Assembly (NCBI RefSeq): GCF_002113885.1
Contig: NW_018405300.1
Span: forward strand, 413,913-477,912
Reading direction: 5' to 3'
Origin: Mizuhopecten yessoensis
Lineage: Eukaryota
Length of the DNA: 64,000 bases
Shown: positions 13,914 to 27,204 of the stretch, piece by piece
Numbering within the stretch: the stretch's first letter is position 1
Layout: every line of letters begins with the position of its first letter
Made by a program: the position numbers and the translations under genes
The notes under the pieces: generated by a model
What the model was told of the DNA's origin: nothing
The model's database searches: none
What the model saw: the letters and a program-made list of their open reading frames with translations, nothing else

Positions 13914-14269
13914 ACCTCCTTTTCTAAATATAGCTCACTAGTTCATGCCGATACCAAGGTTACCATGATGCTGCACCGATTCTGATGTCTGATGTAAGCT
14001 ACGTTACAGATAAACATGGAAGATTTATAATAAACAATAAACATTAATGAATGGGTTTCAATCAAAGATGGTGTACCACCAATGTACTTGTGTTGTATAC
14101 TCGGTTTCCTTTTCTTATTTATTATATTTAATCTATAATTAACATAATACCGATAAATAAGTACACACGACACCATTCTTCAAATGAAAGCCGACAACTC
14201 TATTACAACCAATTCTCTATATATACTTGTAAATATAATTTTCCTCGATCTTTACTTATGAGATGAGCA

Positions 14270-14450
14270 ACTGGAACGCCTTACTACTAATATGTACGAT
14301 AAGCGGACGATTACGATTTTCCTGAACTTCACTTTCTTGATAAGAACACCCCTACTACGGTGTTAACATATCGCAGTTGATCGAAATATCATGATTTCTG
14401 TGATAACATGCTGGCTGAGGAAGACTAGGGACATGTTTTATGGTCGCCAT
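14270..14450 (+). mobile_element. Highly decayed Penelope-like element RT fragment
   Basis: Frameshifted YDKRDD.DF..NF.FLD.N.P..YGV.ISQLI motif characteristic of Penelope/Poseidon RT C-terminal regions. Confidence 0.5.
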
Positions 14451-14927
14451 CATGGTCTTATCTGTCCTCGAATTCCCAGGGATTCCACTAACTTACATTC
14501 TCCGTTCTCTACATCCCCGGAATGTGTAATGTCGAAATTGGAGGCTCGCTGTTAGCTTTTTGATTGGTTTCAGATAAAAGAACACGGACATATCGCTAGG
14601 TTAATACCTGTTCTTTGATGGTTACAGAAGAGACACCCAGCTTCTAAGTCGGTTAATTTTATCGTTACACTCCAGGAGTGCAGAAAACGTAAGTGGGCGT
14701 AAACTCTGGAAATTCGAGGATGGATCCCATAGGGAAATATGCTATTTCTTTGTTTGAAACAAAGGTCGATGTTTTTGTTTATGCCCATTAGTGTCCTTAC
14801 CGTTTTGTTGTTTTCACTACCCAAGTTCTAGCTATGAGGACGTGGCATTATTTTTATTTGACACGAATTTACATGACGGGTGACGTAGATGAAGCATAAT
14901 TAAGACACCGACCCTTTTGGAACACCT

Positions 14928-15193
14928 GGGCCCGTATTCATGAAACCGTTCTCATGCTCAAGCATGGATTCTGTGCTCAAACCAGTATTATTGTAACTGG
15001 CTTAAATCATGCAAAACAATCAAATACTTAGATGTAAACATTGAAAACAGTATTCGGCTCTAAGGCTCTTTCAATGTTTTCCAAATCTTTTACAAAATAA
15101 TAATTTTGTATAAATTTATAACCAGAACAAGAAAGTAGGCATGAGAACAAAATCCATGAATAAGCATGAGAACGGTTCCATGAATACGGCCCC
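14928..15193. mobile_element. MITE with ~43-bp terminal inverted repeats (possibly PIF/Harbinger-type)
   Basis: Left gggcccgtattcatgaaaccgttctcatgct..catggatt is the reverse complement of right aatccatg..agcatgagaacggttccatgaatacggcccc. AT-rich noncoding interior; TSD not clear. Confidence 0.8.
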
Positions 15194-17320
15194 ACATCTT
15201 GCATAGCACTTTTTCACATGTCTCGATGTAACGTTTTCCTTTGTTCATATTTGTCTCCAGTTTCATCAATTCTGAGTTGGAGTTGCCTTTTTGTTGACAC
15301 TTTGGTATTCTTTATTTTAGTGAAAAGCTAGCCCGAATTGAATAGCTAACCTAAATTTCCAAAAACCTAAGGATGATATTTAGTTTTGTAAGTGGGTGTT
15401 TCTATTGTACTATATTATATAGTAACGTCGAGCGACTTGTTAATGTAGAAAACGCTTAACATACAAACATACAGTAATATCATCACCATAATAAGTATTA
15501 TCTGTAAAGTTCTTTTTGAATCAATAGTAGTATCTAATATATACAAGGGCCTGATGTTCCCAGGCTGAAATTTAACACTAGCGTTTAGATCATATAATGA
15601 TACTAAATTATAACAATAGTTAATGTTGCAAAAACGTAAACTGTTTTTAAATATAAAGCTTTACATAATATTATCATTAGCATTAGAACCCTTTATCTAA
15701 AACATAGTTTTATACATTTCTTGTGCTAATGTTGATGATAGGTAAATCGTGCAACTACTCTTTTTATCTATAGCGGTAAAATCACTGGTGCTTGCATAGA
15801 TAAAACAGTTGTAAGGGATATACTTCTTTATATATTTATAACGGGCTGTGTAATATTGTCACCACATGTGACATCATAACATAAATACTTCTCGTTTTAA
15901 CGACAGGAGCCAGTGGTTAAATTGACAAGAATTCAGCTGTATAGACATTAACTTTGTGTGGTGAACAGTCCTTCCTGTATGGTATCACTTCCCTAGTTTT
16001 TATTCCAAATTGTACATCCCTGTACATCAGTGACTATATTTATACTAACAATAAGGAACTGAACAGATAATACAATGTTATAGTTGTTTATTCTATTTTA
16101 TAAATACATGACATGTACAATCATCAAAGGGGGTCATAACATTTAACGATTTTCTAGTTTTTTAGTATACATTCTTAGTAGAACGACATAACAAACAATG
16201 AAACAAATGTTTTAAACAGTAAGAACCAAAAGTATACCAATAGTCAGTATGTGCAGATATAGACAACATTTATATATCACATTGTAATGTTTTGAAAAAC
16301 GCAACACTCGGTAATGTATATAATTGGTGAAACTAGCAATCCATGCTTATACATAGGGGTATTGATAATGGCACTTCATAATCTATCACTCCAACACACA
16401 AGGTTGTGTTCATGATCTATATAAACAGCATTATTGAATTAAGTTTATAATTTACAACTACATTAATTGTAAGTTACAGATATAACTTCGAAATACAAAA
16501 AACTTGGTTATGTATATAATTCATAAGAAACAGCAATATCTAATTAACTATACAACTCATGAATACAGAGAGATTTAGTTTACTATATAACTTATAAATA
16601 TAAAACACTCAGTGATATATCTATATAAAAAACAGCAATATTTAGTTATGTATATAATTCATGAATACAAAACATTTCAGTTATGAATATAATTAAAGAA
16701 TACAGATTGAAATAAGTTTAATAACTTGTTTCTGGATCATATTTCATGTATGTAAAAATTAAATGTCCTGTATATTGTAATTGCAAATTTACGAAATAAG
16801 ATATGGTTTATAATAAAGAATACAGAAATATTCAGTTAGGTATATCATTACACGAAAACATCACCAAATAAAATGTCAATCTTCCAAGATAACGGAAGTA
16901 ACCATAAATGTATACTAGTCGTCAACACAAGTGTGCTACTTAATTATAAAAGGGTATAAAAAAAAAAGTAAAAATGTTTCTCATTCCTAGATATTCCTTT
17001 AATACAGACACTTGCTGTACTGCTGGTACTCTGGCTCAGACAAATTAATTGTGTCCGTTTAAACTAGTTAATCAAAATTGATCACATTTGTTAAGATTTT
17101 AACCACTCACTCTTTAGAATAATCTGATAAACCAGTACTCCTTAGTATCAGTGATGGTCTTCAAAAGCATTTTCAGAAGCTTATTTTTGTTGGGTTTTTT
17201 TTGTGATGGAACTAAGGAAGTCAATCATATGCTTCTGACAGACTTCTATGTTAAATCTGACAAATATGTTTGGTTATTTGTTGTTTAAATGTACTATACA
17301 GCAGATTATCCAACAAAACA

Positions 17321-20300
17321 TCAGCTGTCTCCCTCCTCTGGTCTGTCCAGCAGAACTTTGATGCTTGACTCTTGCAGACGACATTTCGCTTCTGGTGACA
17401 GTGGGTTACCGCGTAAATCAACTTCTTGGAGGGAAGACATTTGTATCAACCTTTCAACGTCAATGTCTGAAACAACATGTTCATTTTTATTGTTTGTCTT
17501 CAATAAGTTATTTATTTGGAGCTTTATTGGTTACCATTTAAGATACATCATTGAAATGACATATAAAGGAATGGGTTGTTCCTCATACCATTTTGGACAT
17601 TCACTCTGCACACAGGTAAAGGCCTCATCTGTCAATACACCTATAATATATATGGTGTGTTGACAGATGAGGCCAGTACCTGTGCTCTGCTAGCCTGCTG
17701 TTTCCACTGATTGGATCATTCAAATACAACAGATAAACAAATGCAGTGTTATACACTCGAGAATTTCCTCAATTTGTTTGGTTGCTGTCAAAACCCATAA
17801 AACCCTAACTACATTGAACATGTTAGATATATACCAGAGATGTGATTGTGGTCCAGCTTAAGTCGGTGGAGTTTCGAGTATTGGTACACAACATCAGGTA
17901 GACAGGTGAACTGGTTCTTGGAGATGTCTAGTGTCTGTATGTCAGTCATTTCACTCATTTCCTCTGGGAACTCGGACAGTTTGTTATCACTCATGTTCAG
18001 CTCTGAAACAAAAAGACAAACATATTGAGAGTTAGTCTTGAAGAGAAATAGAGCTTCTTATGGTAAGGAAGAGCACAGACCTGTTTTCTTTCATTACAAA
18101 AGACTTTATCTTTGATAAAGCCCATTGAAAATGTGTGGAACACTCAATATCAAATGACATACATCACATAGTAAATAATGGGTAAGTTTAAAAATATTTT
18201 GAGTTAATTTTAAAGTAGAAAGTCAGATTGACTTTGTCCTCCGAGATATTGCTTGTTTTGTATGTAGGGATTTGAGAAGGAATCTTGTTAGTCTAATCAA
18301 CTACACTGTTCAAATTAGGCTTACTAAGCCTTAGTGTTGTTAGCAATCTTCTCCCATCGACATTGGACAAAGATACAATAAATGTATGTATACATATAGT
18401 TTATTATCATATTTCTGCATCTTACTAAGAACATAATTTTAACATGTCTTAGGAAATGACTTGAGTGATACAAGCAATGGTTGAACAATCTGCAGCAAAC
18501 TGACAAATATGAAATTGACAAAATTCCTTTTTAAACAGGTTTGGTTTGTTTTAATTTTGTTTAACGTCCTATTAACAGCTAAGGTCATTTAATGACGTGC
18601 CTCCATGTGTGAAGTGTATGCGTTCTTGCGTGTGTGTATGCAGGAGACAGGGTATGTTAGTGTGCCTGCCTCCTTGTGATAGCCCGGATCTGATGCCAAC
18701 TTTATAGTGCTATTCCACTGAAATGCCATGCTCAAGAAACCCAGCACAGCATTCCGCCCGGTCACATTATATACTGACAACGGGTGAACCAGTTGTTGCC
18801 ATTTTCCTTAATGCCGAACGTTAGGTAGGAAATAACAACCACCATTTTTAAGGATCTTGGTATGTTCCGGCCTTCCTCACCTGGACGAACACTCAACAGT
18901 CATGCCAAAAGTGAGGTGTTGCCAAGCAAGACGCTAGGAAATAAAAGGTAGTTAGAAAAAGATTGATTTTGGTCGCTTTTGTGTCCCCAAATAGAGGACA
19001 CCAAAGCAAATCCCCAATTCTGCAGGGGGTTCCCTCATTAGTCGCAGGGGTGTTTTTAAACAGGAATTCACAGACTTTCGAAAAAAATACCTATTAATTA
19101 GTATTTTTAGGCAGAAGTTTTTGGTTAACTTTCTTTGAGTAGGACACCAGTATTTGATGAACCTTGTTGATGGCTTGCAATGCGCAATGATAGCTTTAAA
19201 TGATCTGTATCGTATGAGAGGATTTTTTTTTTCGATGTTTTGTTGATGTTTTTATTTGGTATCATATGAAAGAGAAGAAGCAATGCTTTACACTTCATAT
19301 CAAATACGCTCATATTCCATGCAGTCTAAACGATCAATAATCAATATTAACAGAAATCACCTTGGATTGTTTTGAAGGTCATGGGAAACCGGGGAGGGAT
19401 TCTCTTTAATTGATTGTTCGAAAAGGAACATGACTGTACAGGTGTGTGTTTCAGGAATATGTAGATTGCATTAGGAAATTTCATCAGACCACAGCTCGTC
19501 AAATCTATAACAGACAAACAAAAGAAATCAACATATACTTCATATTCTATCATTTCATAAAACTTTTAATATATGGTATCTCAACACTATACTTGTTACC
19601 TGTGTGTGTGTTAGATTTATCTTTCAACAGAGCACAGTCAATAATGTTACTGTCTTTTAAACTTTAACAGAGCACAGTCTACATAATGTTAGTCTTTTAA
19701 ACTTCAACAGAGCACAGTCTACATAATGTGTTTTAATTTGTTTTACATTATGTTACTATCCTTCAAACTTCAGCACAACATTCTTAACATCCATCTCATT
19801 GCTAACAAGAACAAGAATATTAAACTTATTGAAAAATATGTCACACAATTAGACCTAATTAAATAGCTCTGTGTTTCTGCTCTTCACCTTGAAAGAGGAT
19901 TTGTCAAGCTGTTTATTAGATTAAAACATTGAGCAATGTACTGTAGTTGGCCCTTTAATGTCACGCTACCACAATTAGAACACTACCCAAATCGGTACAC
20001 GTCCAGAAAAGGGTTTGAATAGTATAGCATTTTCCTTTGACAGTAAAACAAAATAGATATTTATCAGCATTTCCACTGAATAGTTTTGTTTTCATGAACA
20101 TTTTAAGAGTACACAATGATTTCAAAGTAAACATATCAGAAAACCAGTAAAAATGAAGTACATCGAAGAAATTTTGGAGGATTTTGAAGGGGTTAAATAT
20201 AAGCATGTTTAAATGTTGATTTCTGGTCCTTATAACTGGATATTATAAAAATGTATGTAAACAAATGTAGTTCAGTATAGTATTTATAAAAGCAATACAT

Positions 20301-22438
20301 TTTGTTGCAATCGGCGTCAACTAGTAAAATTAAAAACAAGTTTCATAGCCTGTGATATGGTGTACCAATTTGGGTACTAATCAAGGCCGAAAAACGGACG
20401 AAATCACTGGGAGTTTAGCGTTCTATTTTCAAAAACAAATTACTTAGAATTAAAACTTTTTCTGAAAATGAACCACCATAGGTTGTCTTTGTCAAAAATT
20501 AAGAAACATTCCAGATACAAGATCTGAATTTTCAAATATCACTGAAAAACTATCAAAATTGTACCAGTGTGACGTTTTCTTGTTTACTTTCTACTGTTTA
20601 TTTCAAATAAAGTCTTTATCAGCCTGTCATCATCAGAATTTCATCTTGGGTCAGTCCCTAAACAATTTTTGTGATGTATATTCCTCATAAAGTCATGGAC
20701 ACATTTTTCTAAAATTTTGTATACAGGTTATCGTGTCAAATGAGGCTGAATTTATCATCTGGTCTGGTAATAAAAACCGATAATATATTGACATAATCGA
20801 TCTGATAAATCCTCCTAAGCAAGAAATAAAGGACACTACAGAGTCCTCTACATCAGCCGCTTTCCTCAATCTTAACTTAAATTACAACATGACCAACAGT
20901 CACTTTATGACAGCTTACTACTAACTTAGCCTGAGTTTAGACATTTTGACAGATAGATGTCTGGTGTACATCGATCTGTAAAAATATCCAAGTCTGGTTT
21001 CAGGGCCAGAGGAAACTCGGCTGTATGATGAGCAGGACGATTTTGAGTGAACTTTCTCCTTCTTAACAGTAAAATCATGCCTTCCCCTACCTATGGTGTT
21101 TATATATGTCACAGATGATTCGGTATTCAAGAGCTTCGATTTGAATACCATGAATTTTGTGATGGATGTTGACTGCTAACAGACAAACAACACAGATGCA
21201 GGTTGTTGAAGACTATGGGCAGGTTTTATGGTCGTCGCCTTTCTCTCTTAGGGAAATATATTATTTCTTTGTGAATATATTGGCTGAAGAGGGATTATGA
21301 TGGTCGCCCTTTTTGACGATTTGGGTCACATTATCTACCTATGAATAATTTCTTACAAATGTTAAGTTTGTTTTGAACAAACATTAAATGAAAGCTTATT
21401 TTGAAAGTTTTGTTGCTGGAGCAGCCAAAGGTCAGCTCCTGTCCAAGTAGATGATGATGATGATGAAAACGTGTTTAATTTCTTATGTCCAGTAATTAAG
21501 AGTGCAAATGACAGGTCTACCCACTCTAACCACTGAAAACAACTCACTAGGCCATTAATGTACCGGCCGAGTCACTAAATGAAAATGTCAGAAAATATAG
21601 AGACATTTCGCCATAGAGCACTCTACTACATACAATCACCTCAGTCACAGGTTATATGTTTACCCAGCAGGTGTAGGGTCGNTATTGGGTCATAGTCACG
21701 GCAATTCGGTGATGTTTTCGGCACCAAATCGCATATTTCCCGATAAAATATGGCAGATGGAAGTAAATAACGTCTACAAAGGTGATATTTCACAGTAATA
21801 AAGAAGTATTTGGTTCATAACTGGATCGTATGGGGTAGTATTGGGTAGTATTGGGTGGTTTTGGGTAGTATTGGGTGGTATTGGGTAGTATTGGGTAATT
21901 AGACGCGCCCACAGGTTATATGTTTACCCAGCAGGTGTAGGGTCGTTTTGCCCCCAATACCGACCGCCATGGATCGGTCTAATTTGAAGCTTTTCTATGT
22001 CTCCCTTAGTCTTTTTTTTTTGTCATTACATTCGTTAGATTTTTATGTGGTCGACCAGATATGTACATACAGTGTCCTGAATGTAGCTACACCTGTATCA
22101 ACACAATTGTTCGTGAAAAATTAATATAGCAAGAGTTTTGAATCATTAAAAAACATTTCGACAGATATTCATAACTTAAAAATGAATAATAATATTGGAG
22201 AGAAACAAAGACAAAAAAAACATTGGGTGAACTGGATAAAGGGCGAAACGACTAGTGGAGCTAACTGGATTAGGGCGAAACGACCCGTATCCGTTTTTAT
22301 CTGTTTATGGTCACAGATTCATACCAAACTGTACAATTTCTTAGATTTCTGTTACAAATGGACAAATTGTATACCAATCTTATTGTTTTCCTGTGCTTCT
22401 TGAAGACGTTGTGCTACTAAAGCAGCTTCTGCAGCCAT
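17321..22438 (-). CDS. LRRC20: Leucine-rich repeat-containing protein 20-like, paralog B (173 aa, 4 coding exons)
   Basis: Exons 22438-22375 (MAAEAALVAQRLQEAQENNKI), 19504-19361, 18002-17835 and 17466-17321. Internal exon lengths (144/168 nt) and phases are identical to paralog A. Motifs DLTSCGLMKFPNAIYIFLK, LDISKNQFTCLP and VDLRGNPLS. Confidence 0.88.
18540..18900 (-). mobile_element. Mollusc SINE-like interspersed repeat (decayed)
   Basis: tttgtttaacgtcctattaacagc..tttatagtgct..cactgaaa..ggtcacattatatactgacaacggg..aaccagt..cttggtatg resembles bivalve tRNA-derived SINE bodies. This is recognised from memory; the head is degraded. Confidence 0.55.
20720..21250 (+). mobile_element. Decayed Penelope-like element RT fragment
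   Basis: Broken translation EIKDTTESSTSAAFLNL ... LYDEQDDF..NFLLL..P.YGVY..SQMIRYSRA. Confidence 0.65.
21940..22290. mobile_element. Small MITE-like element with gggtcgttttgccc / gggcgaaacgaccc termini
   Basis: Inverted termini at ~21940 and ~22273-22286, plus an internal second gggcgaaacgac copy. Related gcgaaacaacc repeats occur at 28340-28400. Confidence 0.55.
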
Positions 22439-22439
22439 T

Positions 22440-22703
22440 ATGACAAGCTTGTGTCAACACCACACCACATGATAACGTTTCCGTTTTGTTTACAACTAGC
22501 ACGTGGCTCTTCGGCGTCGAAGATAGAAAATGTACTAAAATCACAATCAGATATACGCTTATGTTTTTAGCGACGACTTTGAAGAACCGTTTAAAACATT
22601 TCTGCGACCACAGAAGAATAGCAACAAAAAAGTTTCAAAATGGCGGCATGAAAGGAAAACTGTCGCAGTGACATAACATTTTAGAACATTTTGCAAGAGC
22701 CAG
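22440..22703. promoter_or_regulatory. Putative bidirectional promoter LRRC20-B / LRRC45 with YY1 site and non-coding first exon of LRRC45
   Basis: The LRRC20-B ATG at 22438 (-) faces away from a strong + strand donor CAG|GTAAGA at 22703/22704. YY1 consensus CAAAATGGCGGC at 22636-22647; locally CpG-enriched. The next + strand acceptor considered is 28488, 10 nt before the LRRC45 ATG. Confidence 0.6.
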
Positions 22704-22914
22704 GTAAGAGAATTTGATACAGATGTATGCAAAGAGTAGTTTAAATGTTTGTTTACAAGTGGGATAGATATCATGGTGTTATTGGTATAGGTTTTAGTGT
22801 AGAACAAACTTTGATTTAGAAAGGCAAGTCTGAACACGGTACTGTCAAAATGACAGTAGCTACATTACATTGGAAATTGTCGTAGTACAGAATAGATGAC
22901 AGTGGCCTACTTAC

Positions 22915-25336
22915 AGTATGAGTTTTTGATTATTACGATCGACGGCTTGGCACACGTGTGTGAATAGAACTCGACAGATTGTGAAGCGTCTTCAAACTAT
23001 ATCTCTTAAAATAATTGATTAAGTAAGCGACATCATGAGATATGTTATTCATATGACTATGATACAACTATATACCAAATTTTAATTTGATTTGTTGAAA
23101 AATGATTGAGTTATCGTGAATTTAATTCATACGATGTACAGATATTAAGCGATACGCCGTGTCACATATGTGTACGTAGGGTAGGGCTTCGCATAGGCAG
23201 AGACGTGTATGTGTTATACGTCTCTGGCATAGTTAGAATATATTGCTATATAAACATTGATACACCTTTAATCAGCTGTGTCAAGAAAAACATTATTGTA
23301 TATATTGAACAATTTAGATTTTAACTGTAACCGATTAAGAATACATTTAACAATGTGTTTAATTATCTTTTTTTATTATTATAACTAATATAGTGGGAGG
23401 GGGATGGGTATCAGCGCGCAACTCTCGCTACAAAGGAGGCGATACACGATAGATTAATTAACAAACAGCCTCCGAAAGTCATTCTAGATGACATTAAGTC
23501 ACTGGACAATTCTATGAATGAACCCAGAGACCTTAGGCAAATTCACAATGCCAAGTATCTTTTGCAGAAAAAAAAACGTGACGACAAACAACTGATAAAG
23601 ACAAGGCCCCGATCATGTCATCAATCTTTGGTGAAGATGGTTTATTGAATTGTGATTCAATAAAAGAATTCAATACCATTGCACAAACGATTGACGAGTC
23701 GTATGGAACACTAAATCGTCAATCGAAGATATTGGTCAGTAAAGATTTTACCAACGATTAAGCGCAGGGTGATTGAATCGAGATTGCGCAATGCTGCAAT
23801 TCCAAAAGTTTGGAAAAACAACAATTGCGAATCGATGAATCACATCAAACTTCTAGGGGACTGGGAAATATCAAAGGTTCCCGAGCTGATTCAGCGTTTG
23901 GATAGCATTCAACAATCGCTGTACTCTGACGTACGTAGATCGTTGCATGGTGTTGGAGACTATGAATTGGCCGCGCACGCGCAGCATTTCAAGTTGAGCA
24001 CAGTTGTGTGGCGCGAATTGTCAACGTTTGATAAAGCGCGCAAAGTTGACAAGTTCCTAAAGTATATGTGGACGAAAACAGACTTTTTAACATCTACGAA
24101 TGGTATGTGAACAATACCTAAAACCGCAGCAATCGCAAAAAAAACAGGGACGCGAAAACGTGTTCGCGCGAATCGCACCGAAACGCACGGTCCTGTTAAA
24201 CAACAAAAGTTGTAACTTAGTTACCTGATGACAATGACGCTAAATGAAGAAGTTTTTTACGCTTTCACAACACCTGTGTACCCGCAGGACGGGATTCAAG
24301 ATGTGAAAATTACTGACATTTGGTTTTTTTACTTAGAGTTTGAACAGAGAAACAGTTATTCTTACGTATACAGACAAAATGTATTTGATTATATGAAATA
24401 CCGATATTTACACCTGTGTGCCAGTTATTTCAAAAGAAGTTTAAAACGATTGTATTTTTCAGCTGTACCTTTACAACAATTACCATTAAATTTTAGTGTA
24501 GCCTTCATTTAAACTTATAGGTACTTAGGGGATTTTTTTAAACACTAACATTAAATCGATCAGTCACACGAACATATAACGGACCCTGAGTAGAACCACG
24601 TCCACGTCCGTAGGGTCTCGTAACATGCTCGTTTCAAGAGTGTGGCTGAGAGTTCTACAATATAATCCGGTCCAACTGTGTTCACATATGCGAAGCCCTA
24701 CCCAACGTACACATATGTGACACGGCGTATAGCTTCGTAAAATCGTAAAATTAAATTCACGATAGCTCAATCATTTTTTTAACAAATCTACCTGAAGTTT
24801 GGTATAAAGGTGTATCATAGTTATATGAATAACATATCTTCTGATGTCGCTTACATTATAGGTTAATATTCGAGATATTGTCTGAAGACGCTTTACGATC
24901 TGTAGTGTTCTATTCACACACGTAACTGCCACGCCGCCGATCGTAATAACAAATTAATCATAACTCGATCATTTTTTCAAATATCGAGCTGAAATTTGGA
25001 ATATAAATCAATAAAAGTCTAACTAATAACATATCTTCTGATGTCGCTTACTTTAGCGGGTAATTGTAACGATATTATCTGGCGACGCTTTCTACTCTTT
25101 TCAAGCTAATACACACATGTGCCACGCCGCGATCGTAAAAATTCAATTCATCATAACTCGGTCAATTTTTCAAGTATAAAATTGAAATTTGGTACAGAGG
25201 TGTATTATTGTCATATTAACAACATATCTTCTGATGTCGCTTACTTAATTTAGTATTTTTGAAGATTTTGTCTGGTGACGCTTGTTGTCACTTGAAGACG
25301 CTTGTTGTCGGTTGAAGACGCTTTTAAGTGAGACCC
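22915..25336 (+). mobile_element. Decayed Mutator/MULE (Foldback/Rehavkus-like) DNA transposon with long, internally repeated inverted termini
   Basis: 22918-23194 is the inverted copy of 24686-24966, and the right arm has two more ~190-bp sub-repeats ending in gtgagaccc. Interior fragments (WKNNNCESMNH..W..VPELIQRL..DVRRSLHGVGDYEL) resemble MULE transposase C-termini and contain stops and frameshifts. Confidence 0.6.
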
Positions 25337-25672
25337 TTAATTTGTATTGGTCGGTACTATCAAAACTTCTCAAAACGATCTCCTCCAATTAGCAAAAAAC
25401 AACACGGACGTGCTCAGAAATCAAGTAACGAAAACATTATCACACGGCGACGATTATGTGTACACTAGACTAAATATGTTAACATGGAAAAATGATATTG
25501 TTGTATACACCGCAATGTCATTAAAATTACACCATTTTTGTTTCATTTCACTATTCTTATTTATTTCCAAAATTGAATTCAATATATGTTATAATGTGTG
25601 TTGGCGTGAAGAAAATAACGTAATCCGTTTTTTTTGCTTTACAATGTACATAACAACAACACAAACACATTT

Positions 25673-27204
25673 TTAGCTCACCTGGCCCGAAGGGCCAAGT
25701 GAGCTTATCCCATGGTGCAGCGTCCGGCGTCCGGCGTCCGTCAACTTTTTCCTTTAAAATGCTACTTGTCCTGAATGGCTCAGAGGATTTTGACCAAATT
25801 TGGTCAGGAGCATCATTGGCCAAAGGGTTCTCAGTTTTGTATAAACGGAGGGTATAACCCCCCTGGGGGCAGAGGGGCGGGGCCAAATAGGGGGAAAATA
25901 GGTAAATCTTTAAAAATCTTCTTCTTCTCAACCAATAGAAGGATTTTGACCAAATTTGTCCTAGAGCATCTTTGGACAAAGGAGACTCAAGTTTGTATAA
26001 ACGGAGGGTGTGGCCTCTTTGGGGGCAGAGGGGCGGGGCCAAATAGGGGAAGTAGAGGATTTTTTCTCTCCTACTATACAAGTGAAGGGATTTAAACCAA
26101 ATGCAGTCTGAAGCTTGGTCAGGAGCATCATTGGCCAAAGGGTTCTCAGTTTTGTATAAACGGACGGTATAGCCCCCCCTCGGGGCAGAGGGGCGGGGCT
26201 AAATAAGGGGAAAAAAGGTAAATCTTTAAAAATGTTCTTCTTCTCAACCAATTGAAGGATTTTGACCAAATTTGTCCTAGAGCATCTTTGGACAAAGAAG
26301 ACTCAAGTTTGTATAAACGGAGGGTGTGGCCCCTCTGGGGGCGGAGGGGCGGGGCCCAATAGGGGAAATAGAGGATTTTTTTTCTCCTGCTATACAAGTG
26401 AAGGGATTTTAACCAAATGCAGTCTGAAGCATGATTAGGGACAAAAGAATCAATTTTGTATAAACTGAGGTGTGTGGGCCTCCTTCTAAGGGCAGATGGG
26501 TGGGGCCCATTAGGGGAAATAGAGGAAAACATCAAATATCCTTCTCCTTTTGTACCGATGAAGGGATTTTGACCAAATTTGGTCTGGAGCATCATTGGCC
26601 AAAGGGTTCTCAGTTTTGTATGAACGGAGGGTATGGTCCCCCTGGGGGCAGAGGGACGGGGCCAAATAGGGGAAAATAGGTAAATCTTTAAAAATCTTCT
26701 CCTCAACCAATTGAAGGATTTTGACCAAATTTGTCCTAGAGCATCTTTGGACAAAGGAGACTCAAGTTTGTATAAACGGAGGGTGTGGGCCTTCTGGCGG
26801 CATAGGAGCGGGGCCCAATAGGGGAAATAGAGGATTTTTTTTCTCCTACTATACAAGTGAAGGGATTTAAACCAAATGCAGTCTGAAGCATGCTTAGGGA
26901 GAAAAGAATCAATTTTGTTTAAACTGAGGTGTGTGGATTCCCCTTCTTTGGGGCAGATTAGTGGGGCCCATTAGGGGAAATAGAGGAAAACATTAAAGAT
27001 CCTTCTCCTTCTGTACCGTTGAAGGGATTTTAACCTAACCAAACTTGTTTTAGAGAATCTTTGGGCAAAGGGAATTGAATATTTATAAATGGAAGATGCA
27101 ACTTTGTTACTTGTACTCCTTTGATAAACCTGAATGGTACTCAGCAGGTTTTAAATTGAAAAATAAAATACCAGGTGAGCTATTAAGGCCCCTGGGCCTC
27201 TTGT
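25673..27204 (+). mobile_element. Non-autonomous Helentron-associated element (HINE; DINE-1/pearl-CvA type)
   Basis: TT insertion context, sub-TIR agctcacctg...caggtgagct, (cgtccgg)n microsatellite, internal ~176-bp tandem cores, and 3' palindrome aggcccctgggcct followed by cttgtt. Confidence 0.8.

Noticed and set aside
21646-21945. 36-bp direct repeat flanking a ~230-bp insert (giant TSD?)
   Set aside because: An N at 21682 marks a scaffold join. It is more likely two haplotypes (with and without a MITE end) concatenated.
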